Under the pieces are notes generated by a model. That model did no database searches, was not told where the DNA came from, and worked only from the letters and a program-made list of their open reading frames with translations. From contig JAJXYF010000014.1 of NCBI GenBank assembly GCA_021780755.1, positions 31,888 through 95,887 of the forward strand: a stretch of DNA of 64,000 nucleotides. Direction: 5' to 3'. Below, in pieces: positions 56,851 to 64,000 of this stretch. A program made the translations under genes and the position numbers. This DNA is from Deltaproteobacteria bacterium (GTDB lineage Bacteria > Desulfobacterota > Binatia > Binatales > Binataceae). Numbering within the stretch: the stretch's first letter is position 1; every line of letters begins with the position of its first letter.

Positions 56851-57354
56851 AACTTCTTCGCAACGGCGAGAAGTGATTTCGGCTTACTCGCCCTAAACCC
56901 ACCGAAGCTCTCGGTTTGCGCGATGCCGGTTCTGGTGCCGGTTGGAGGTGCGGTTCTGGTGCTGCCCGTCCGGTGGCCCCACTGTTCATCAAAACCGCTC
57001 TCCTCTACTAAATCGCTAAAAGGGTCAACTAAGCCCTTGGTATTTCGTGACCAAACCGACGCCGGGATCCGCTCATTCGGAGCAATTCCGATCACGAAAA
57101 CGTATATAGTCCGCCGCGCTTTGCGGTGTGATTATGAAGCACAACCAATAGGTCAAAGCGGAAGAAGATAAGGGAATGAGGACATTCGGGCAAGTGATTG
57201 TTGAGGCGCGCTGCGGCTCATGCTGGCGCGGATCCCGCGTTCTCGCTTACGAACCCATCTCGCAATGGGCTACCAGCACCGGTGTGATGGCGTGAACGCA
57301 TCTTAGCCGGGTCACGCATCTCTGGACGAATACGATTTCCTATCCTATATTTAA

Positions 57355-57370
57355 GTTTCGTTTACGAAAC
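57355..57370. promoter_or_regulatory. perfect inverted repeat GTTTCG-TTTA-CGAAAC upstream of the D-aminoacylase gene
   Basis: Palindrome 40 bp upstream of ATG 57410, next to an AT-rich TATATTTAAG stretch. Confidence 0.3.
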
Positions 57371-57409
57371 TGTCAACTGTTCGGCGTTTAGACACGCCGC
57401 GGAGCGACG

Positions 57410-59116
57410 ATGATGGAATACGACCTGAAGATTGTTGGTGGCACAATAATAGATGGCATGGGCGGACCCGCACGTTCGGGCGATGTCGCCATCAAAGCGG
57501 GCAAGCTGGTCGCGATTGGCAGCGCGCCCGGACGAGCGCGCGAAGAAATCGATGCGCGAGACCAGATCGTCGCGCCCGGATTCGTCGATATTCATACGCA
57601 TTACGATGCGCAGTTGATGTGGGACCGTATGTTGACGATCTCCCCCTGGCACGGCGTAACCACTGTCGTTATGGGGAATTGTGGATTCGGGGTTGCGCCT
57701 ACTAGACCGGAGCATCGCGGACTTATCATGCGCACGCTCGAAAAGGTGGAGGGGATGAGCTTGGCGGCGCTGGAGGAGGGACTCGGCTACGATTGGCCGT
57801 TCGAGACATTTGAACAGTACCTGGATGTGGTTGCTCGGAAAGGTACGGCGATCAACGTCGGTGCGCTGGTTGGGCACACACCGGTGCGTCTCTACGTGAT
57901 GGGGAAAGAGGCGACCGAGCGACCAGCGAGCGAAGCCGAAATTGGCCAAATGCGTGAAATCGTGCGCGGCGCAATCAAAGCGGGCGCGCTGGGATTTGCG
58001 ACGTCGAAAGCTCCCACGCACGTGGGATATGAGGGAAAGCCTGTACCAAGCCGGGCCGCGAGCGTTGCTGAAATCAAATCGCTTGCCGCAGTCCTCGGCG
58101 AGACCGGACAAGGGATCATGCAAGCTACCGTGGGCCGCGAGCTTTTTCTTGACGAGTTTCGCGAAATCGCACGCGCAACTGGCCGGCCGATAACCTGGAC
58201 CGCGCTCTTGGCCGATATGATGGGCCCAGGATCCCATAAAGCACTGCTTCAACGCTCACGTGAGATTGCCAAAGAAGGACTTCCGGTCATTCCGCAGGTA
58301 ACCTGCCGGCCGCTGAATTTCGAATTCACTTTCAAGGAGCCGTTCATCTTCGAGTCGATGTCGATGTTCAAGCCCGTCTCGGCCGCCGATCTGGACGGCA
58401 AGCTGCGATTTTACAGTGACCCGGAGTTCCGAAGAGCCTTCAAGGAGGCGCTCGGTGCTAAACGGCCGGGGGAGATATTCGCAGGCGGACTCGCCGGCCG
58501 TTGGAAGCAGACTTGGATTTCGCAGGCGCCGTCGGCGCGGGAACTCGAAGAGCAAAATCTGGCGGAGGTCGCAGCTAAGCGCGGCAAGGATCCGATCGAT
58601 CTGGCGCTCGATCTCTCGGTCGATTCGCGCCTGGAAGCGCGGTTTAGAATGGCGATATTCAATCATGACGAAGAGGAGGTCGAAGAGTTGTTAAAGGCGC
58701 CTGAAACGGTGCTCGGTCTCTCAGATGCGGGCGCCCACGCGAGTCAACTATGCGACGCATGTTTCTCGACTTATCTGCTTGGTCGATGGGTACGGGAAAA
58801 GAAAGCGATTTCTCTCGAGAGGGCGGTTTGGATGCTCACGGCGCGCCCTGCCCAAGTGTTTGGAATCACGGATCGTGGCCGACTGGAAACTGGACTTGCT
58901 GCTGATCTGACGATTTTCGACTCCGATACCGTCGGCGCTTCGAAACTCCGCCGGGTTCACGACATGCCGGGAGGACAGGATCGGCTAATCGCGGATGCGC
59001 GGGGAATCAGCGCGGTTATCGTGAACGGTACGGTAATCCGGCGGGACGGCGAGGATCTGGCCCGTCCGGACGGTGAGCTTCCGGGGCGTCTCCTCCGTAA
59101 CGGGAGGGCTGGGTAA
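57410..59116 (+). CDS. N-acyl-D-amino-acid deacylase (D-aminoacylase) family amidohydrolase
   Basis: 568 aa. N-terminal DLKIVGGTIIDG...VAPGFVDIHTHYD metal-binding HxH and the overall D-aminoacylase pattern. SD GGAG. Confidence 0.8.
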   Translation: MMEYDLKIVGGTIIDGMGGPARSGDVAIKAGKLVAIGSAPGRAREEIDARDQIVAPGFVDIHTHYDAQLMWDRMLTISPWHGVTTVVMGNCGFGVAPTRPEHRGLIMRTLEKVEGMSLAALEEGLGYDWPFETFEQYLDVVARKGTAINVGALVGHTPVRLYVMGKEATERPASEAEIGQMREIVRGAIKAGALGFATSKAPTHVGYEGKPVPSRAASVAEIKSLAAVLGETGQGIMQATVGRELFLDEFREIARATGRPITWTALLADMMGPGSHKALLQRSREIAKEGLPVIPQVTCRPLNFEFTFKEPFIFESMSMFKPVSAADLDGKLRFYSDPEFRRAFKEALGAKRPGEIFAGGLAGRWKQTWISQAPSARELEEQNLAEVAAKRGKDPIDLALDLSVDSRLEARFRMAIFNHDEEEVEELLKAPETVLGLSDAGAHASQLCDACFSTYLLGRWVREKKAISLERAVWMLTARPAQVFGITDRGRLETGLAADLTIFDSDTVGASKLRRVHDMPGGQDRLIADARGISAVIVNGTVIRRDGEDLARPDGELPGRLLRNGRAG

Positions 59117-59478
59117 GGTTCTTCCCGCTTATCGATGATGGCCTCAAAACACATGCGCCGAAGTAATTATTGTCACTACGGGAAATCATCATCAGAAGAC
59201 GAAAATCATCGCGGTTGGATAAACGAGCCCAATGAGGCGTCGCAGGATCGGTGTGGCGCGTCGCTTAGAATAAGCATGACGAGGCCACAGGAAAACGAAA
59301 GGGGGCATGCTGGTTCAATAAGGTGGCCAAGCTGTTCGAGCAGTTTATGACTGCAACCGGGACCGCCGCGAAATCAAAAATCTGAACGGCCGTAGGACAC
59401 GCGAAGCAGCCAACTCGTGGAACGAGCTTCGTTATCGCTACGAATCACGTGTCATGTGTCTGTGACTGAGTCTGAGTT

Positions 59479-61947
59479 TTGACGCCGTCAACGCGACGGA
59501 TGGAGCATTGGATGGTTCAGCGAGGCGCCTCACATACACTGGGGCCGGGCAAATATATTTTGCAGTTTCGGGCTCCGATCGGGCTGATACTGATTGCGAT
59601 CACGGCCTTTATGGGCTATTGGGCGGCGCACGTCCGGATCGCGACGAGCTTCGAAAACTTCTTCCCATCTAGCCATCAGAACACACTGCTGTACCGCAAA
59701 TTTCAGAACCAATACGGCGGTGCGCAAAGCTTATACGTGATGCTGCGGGTCAAGCACGGCGACATCTACAACGTCAAAACGCTGACGAAAATTCAGGACA
59801 TCACGAACGACGTCAACATCCTTCCGGGCGTTGACCACAATGAAGTTTTCTCGCTGGCATCCTATCGCGTGGCCTTCTCGCAGGCGATTCCGGGCGCCCT
59901 CATTGCGACCAACTATATGTATCCGACGGTGCCGACGACGCCGGCCAAACTCGAAGGACTGCGGCGCAATGTCATGACGCATCGGGAGCCCGTGCGGGGC
60001 CTGATCACGTCCGACGACAAGGGCGCGATGATCACGGCGAGCTTCAATGACCAGGGGCTCGACTACAAGAAGCTCTTCGATGATATCCAGGTGATCGTGC
60101 GCAAATACGAAGACGCCAATACGGACATCTTCGTCGCCGGCGAGCCGGTAATATCGGGGTGGGGCTACTATCATCTGACGCAGATCAAGGTCATCTTTCT
60201 GACCGCAGTCGCGCTCATGCTCATAATTCTCTACGTGAGCATCGGCGAGCGTAGCAGCTGGTGGGCACCGATTTTGACCGGGACTTTTTCCGCCGTCTGG
60301 GGTCTCGGGTTCGTCAGCCTCATGGGCTACAACTTCGACCCGGTGATGCTGGTCATACCGTTCATCCTGACGGCACGCGATCTCAGCCACGGAATCCAAT
60401 GGCAGGGGCGGTACTACGACGAGCTCGATCGCCTCGATGACAAGCTGCTCGCATGCGCGACTACGACCGACGTCATGCTGCCGCCGGGCCTGCTGTCGAT
60501 TCTCGCGGACATCGCGGGAATCATCTTTATTTCATTCGGCGGTATCCCGGTGCTGAAGGAGATTGGCTTCGGCGGCGCCATGTGGCTTGCCGGAAGCCTC
60601 ACGATGGTCTTTGTTTTCCAGCCAATTTTCATGAGCTATCTGCCGCGCCCGCGAATCCGCGGACGCAGTTGGCTGAGCCGCTATGGTAAAAGTGAGCGCA
60701 CGGGCATTTTGCATGGATTTGTAAATTGGCTGGTGAAGGTGCCGGTAACGCCGGGCTTCGCGCGATCGGTATTCCTTGCAGGTGGAGCGATCTTTATCCT
60801 GTTCGGCGTCATATCGGGACAGCGCGCACGAATCGGTTATCAAACCCCGGGTACGCCGCTCTATCGGCAGGATTCGAAGGTCAACCTAGACATCGCCGAA
60901 ATCGGCAAGTATTTCCCTACCGATATCGGCTGGGTGGTGCTGTCAACGGCGGATTATCCCGACCCGCAATCAAGTATCGGTCCTGACGTCCTGCGGATGA
61001 CCGATGACCTTGCGGCTTATTTGATCGGTCGTGGTGATGCGGTTGGGGTAGCGTCGTTCACGAACATCGCAATGAAGCCGCTCAACATGATGTTCCACAA
61101 CGGCTATCCGAAATTTCAGAGTATTCCGGCGGGAACCGAGTTGGGCGGCAACCTCTGGTACATGTTCCTGGGCGGTACCGCGCCGGGCGAAATGGAACGG
61201 TTCTTCGCCCATTCCCCCCATATGACCAGTACGTGCATCCGCGTATTGCTGCCGGATCACACCTTCAATCGACTCAATGCGGTCCGGGATGATATCAAGA
61301 AATTCATCGACGAGCGAGTGACGCCCGACCCGGGGCTATCGAAAATTACGGTTCACTACCTCGGCGGCGTCGCGGGGCTTTATCTGGCAGCCAATGACGT
61401 GCTCTACCGCCTCGACATCATCAACCTGACGTTCGTGCTGCTGGTCATTTTCCTTTGCTGCGCGTTCAGCTTTCAGTCGATTACGGCGGGAGCGCTCTTC
61501 ATCGTTTCGTGCGTGATGGCAAACTTCGGCGCCTTCATCTACATGAATGCGTTCAACATCGGACTGACTATCGATACTATCCCGGTGATCTCGCTTGGAA
61601 TCGGCCTTGGTGTTGACTACGGCATTTATACCGTCGCCCGCATCCGCGACGAGGTGATGGGCGGGGCGTCAATCGATGAGGCGGTTGAAATCGCACTAAG
61701 CAGCACCGGCGCTTCGGTCTTCAGCACGTTCGCCGTGATGATCGGCGGGATTCTACCGTGGGCATTTTCGCCGCTGCTGTTCCACAACGAGATGAGCGTG
61801 CTGCTGATTTTCCTGATGGCGACCAACATGATCGCGGGAGTGTTGATTCTGCCAGCCTACATTGCATGGCGTCGGCCCTGTTTTATCGTGCGCTATGAAG
61901 CCACTGGCGGAGCGAAGGGCCGGATGGCACACGCAACGGCCAGTTGA
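59479..61947 (+). CDS. RND-superfamily exporter, MMPL/HpnN-like (two 6-TM SSD-type modules)
   Basis: 822 aa with two large periplasmic loops and 12 TM helices. RND/MMPL pattern. Start codon uncertain (ATG 59479/59500/59512). Confidence 0.75.
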   Translation: MTPSTRRMEHWMVQRGASHTLGPGKYILQFRAPIGLILIAITAFMGYWAAHVRIATSFENFFPSSHQNTLLYRKFQNQYGGAQSLYVMLRVKHGDIYNVKTLTKIQDITNDVNILPGVDHNEVFSLASYRVAFSQAIPGALIATNYMYPTVPTTPAKLEGLRRNVMTHREPVRGLITSDDKGAMITASFNDQGLDYKKLFDDIQVIVRKYEDANTDIFVAGEPVISGWGYYHLTQIKVIFLTAVALMLIILYVSIGERSSWWAPILTGTFSAVWGLGFVSLMGYNFDPVMLVIPFILTARDLSHGIQWQGRYYDELDRLDDKLLACATTTDVMLPPGLLSILADIAGIIFISFGGIPVLKEIGFGGAMWLAGSLTMVFVFQPIFMSYLPRPRIRGRSWLSRYGKSERTGILHGFVNWLVKVPVTPGFARSVFLAGGAIFILFGVISGQRARIGYQTPGTPLYRQDSKVNLDIAEIGKYFPTDIGWVVLSTADYPDPQSSIGPDVLRMTDDLAAYLIGRGDAVGVASFTNIAMKPLNMMFHNGYPKFQSIPAGTELGGNLWYMFLGGTAPGEMERFFAHSPHMTSTCIRVLLPDHTFNRLNAVRDDIKKFIDERVTPDPGLSKITVHYLGGVAGLYLAANDVLYRLDIINLTFVLLVIFLCCAFSFQSITAGALFIVSCVMANFGAFIYMNAFNIGLTIDTIPVISLGIGLGVDYGIYTVARIRDEVMGGASIDEAVEIALSSTGASVFSTFAVMIGGILPWAFSPLLFHNEMSVLLIFLMATNMIAGVLILPAYIAWRRPCFIVRYEATGGAKGRMAHATAS

Positions 61948-62036
61948 TTACGTTGACATGTCTGCTTGGCGGCCGCCGTCCAGTTACCTACCGCAAGCGC
62001 GGCGGGCAGGATGAGGTCGCCTGCTATTGGCATTAC

Positions 62037-62699
62037 TTACGAGGGTGACCAAATAGCGAAGAGTTCTGCATCCACGCCGCCCCTGTTTTCGAAGCGGTGT
62101 GGTACTATTGCCTTTATGTGAAGCGTGTCCCCCTCGCGGAGAACCTCTTGTTTGCCGCGCACCCAAAAATCGACAGTTCCCTTCTTACAGATGAATAAAA
62201 TCTCCCCGCTGAAGCCGAGAGGCCTGCCACTACGGCCCCGGGGGGGGATCTTGGCCAGATATGCCTCCATCTTGGGCTCCTGAAGAGCTTCAGCGATATT
62301 CTGAATCCGGATGCGAGATCCGGTCGAGTGTGATTTGGCGGAATCAGCGCGGATTATTCTGACATCAACCGGACTGTCATCTTCACCAAGCAAATGGCTC
62401 GCGCGCAGGCGCAGGGCCTTGGTAACCTTAACGAAAATTTCGATCGACGGTACTAATCGTCCTGCCTCAATCTTCTGAATCGTAGCTGCTGACACTCGAG
62501 CTTGCTCGGCAAGCTTGCGAAGGGTCAGTCCACGCTCTAGGCGTGCACGCTTCAGACGTTGGCCGAGGCTGTCAAAATTTCCTTCCGCGCTTTCTTTGGA
62601 GGCGCGCGGCGTCGAAATCGCACTGTTCAAGGTTTCAATTTCCGCCAAATGTTTGGCCATATTAATTGCGAGTTCTGTTGGTACTGCAAACCGCTCCAC
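62037..62699 (-). CDS. XRE-family HTH transcriptional regulator with C-terminal cupin domain
   Basis: HTH LTLRKLAEQARVSAATIQKIEAG, and a cupin beta-barrel tail (GEILFICKKGTVDFWV...GDTLHI). Confidence 0.8.
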   Translation of the reverse strand: MERFAVPTELAINMAKHLAEIETLNSAISTPRASKESAEGNFDSLGQRLKRARLERGLTLRKLAEQARVSAATIQKIEAGRLVPSIEIFVKVTKALRLRASHLLGEDDSPVDVRIIRADSAKSHSTGSRIRIQNIAEALQEPKMEAYLAKIPPRGRSGRPLGFSGEILFICKKGTVDFWVRGKQEVLREGDTLHIKAIVPHRFENRGGVDAELFAIWSPS

Positions 62700-62945
62700 G
62701 TCCTATATCGGAAAATACAGGTTCGAAAGGTGCTTTATGTTTCATCACGAGAATGCTTTAGGGTACCAGAGAAATCACTCTCCATGAAATCCCACCTAAC
62801 GATGCCCCGTTCGCGAATCACGTAAACATCGCCCTCATTGGATTCCAAAACAAGTCCGCATTCTTGTCTCGAATCATACCATTCCTGTTTCTGATTGAAG
62901 ACAGAAAAGGATTTTGATAGAAGGGGTGTATAACGCACGCCAGTT

Positions 62946-62974
62946 GTGGCGCGTCACCAATCGGTTGGCGCCAC
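62946..62974. promoter_or_regulatory. inverted repeat GTGGCGC-N15-GCGCCAC in divergent intergenic region
   Basis: Read directly from the sequence. About 57 bp upstream of the DUF1329-like start, in the AT-rich spacer shared with the XRE-cupin regulator gene. Confidence 0.3.
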
Positions 62975-63030
62975 GCTGGGGGCAAAGGTTCAACGCGATT
63001 TTGCGGCCGCTTGCGGCTCAGAGGAAAAGT

Positions 63031-64000
63031 ATGCACATAGCTTCACGGCAACGGAAAGCATGGGTCGGCTTTGTTTTGGGTTTGTTAGTCGCATTTTCGG
63101 GCATCGCCGCTGCTGCCGACCAGGTGCAGTCCACGACGCAGGACTGGCTCGCCGCCACCAAAGACCAGGGGACGATCCCGCCCGGCACGAAGATCACGAT
63201 GCAGAACTGGCAGCAGTACAAACAATTCATGCCCGTGGGGATGATTGACTTCTTCCAGGGGGCATACTTCTGGAAGATGCCGTCGGATGTGGAGATGAAT
63301 ATCGGCCCAACGGTCATCCATCCGCTCTCGAGGTCCTATATCGCAGCGACCGAGAAGTACGGCGGCCAGACGCGCGTTGTTCATGAGCCAGACGGTACGA
63401 TGAACATTGCGAACTATGTGGCCGGGATGCCTTTTCCGAATCCGCAGCAACCCGATATGGGGTACAAGATTCTCGCCAATGTCTGGTTCCCGGATGAACC
63501 TTACCTGTTGGTGTTGTCGTCGGCGAGCGGCTTCGGCAGCTTCTGCACCGCCGATCGCTTCGGCAACGCCGCATGCACCAAGACTTCGCTAGTTTACCGT
63601 CAGCTTGCGTATAACAACCATCCCGGAATTCCACCCACCGAACCGCAGGCCGCAGGTGCATGGTATACGGAATGGTTGATGGTCGAGCAGCCTGAGCAAT
63701 CCAGATACACCGCCGACCTCACGATTTTCTGGCAGGATCTGACCAAGAGTGAAGACAACTACGTTTTCGTTCCCTCGCTCCGTCGCTCTCTGCGGCTTTC
63801 CACATCTGCCCGGTGCGCGCCTCTGCTAGGCAGCGATATGGTTCATGATGATCAACGCGGTGGCTATAACGGCGGACTTCATAATTTCAACGCCGAGTAT
63901 CTTGGCACACGAAAGATCCTGGGGATTACCGATTTAACGAACGCCGATGGAATCTATCCTGCGGAGTATGACGGACAACTGGGATGGCCGAAGCCGTCGT
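63031..64000 (+). CDS. DUF1329-like secreted protein (3-prime end outside window)
   Basis: Frame is open from ATG 63031 to the window end (this frame is absent from the ORF track because it has no stop). SD GAGGAAAAG. Signal peptide AWVGFVLGLLVAFSGIAAAA. By recall DUF1329 proteins accompany HpnN-like RND exporters. Confidence 0.45.
   Translation, partial: MHIASRQRKAWVGFVLGLLVAFSGIAAAADQVQSTTQDWLAATKDQGTIPPGTKITMQNWQQYKQFMPVGMIDFFQGAYFWKMPSDVEMNIGPTVIHPLSRSYIAATEKYGGQTRVVHEPDGTMNIANYVAGMPFPNPQQPDMGYKILANVWFPDEPYLLVLSSASGFGSFCTADRFGNAACTKTSLVYRQLAYNNHPGIPPTEPQAAGAWYTEWLMVEQPEQSRYTADLTIFWQDLTKSEDNYVFVPSLRRSLRLSTSARCAPLLGSDMVHDDQRGGYNGGLHNFNAEYLGTRKILGITDLTNADGIYPAEYDGQLGWPKPS

Noticed and set aside
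56793-57095. 100-aa minus-strand ORF overlapping tRNA-Met
   Set aside because: Overlaps the tRNA gene and continues into a non-coding AT-richer stretch. No SD or family similarity.

Overview
High-GC (about 65-70% by eye) bacterial chromosomal segment, densely coding on both strands. All calls rest on manual reading of the six-frame ORF track and motif recognition; no database search was run. Content in order: a CusRS-like OmpR/heavy-metal two-component system next to an SBP56 (selenium-binding/methanethiol-oxidase family) gene that is translationally coupled to a Met/His-rich membrane protein; DoxX; Grx4-BolA; thiolase; a HigB/Gp49-type toxin (with an in-frame TGA) and an XRE antitoxin; a Rieske oxygenase, BenC-type reductase and M20 peptidase cluster; CoA-transferase; CYTH and NUDIX genes; thiI; a lipoprotein plus GT2; a FmdB-ADH-HyuA-HyuB operon; the yggU-yggT-proC-yggS-maf block; a soluble lytic transglycosylase; an envelope repeat-protein and glycine-zipper lipoprotein pair; an OprO/P-like porin plus the sulfate ABC transporter (sbp-cysTWA); pgsA; hflX; dnaE; a PlcN/AcpA-like phosphoesterase; rplY(ctc)-prs-tRNA-Gln; ispE; meaB; a PPP phosphatase; tRNA-Met. 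After tRNA-Met the GC drops, in a block carrying a D-aminoacylase, an RND/MMPL exporter, an XRE-cupin regulator and a DUF1329-like gene. Two sharply lower-GC (about 50%) insertions stand out. One is a two-gene operon of unknown function between hflX and dnaE. The other is a single 476-aa gene with a C-terminal Rx4-6H (HEPN-like) motif, wedged between ispE and tRNA-Gln-prs; it is a candidate defence or abortive-infection island. No CRISPR array, rRNA, transposase or integrase was recognised.
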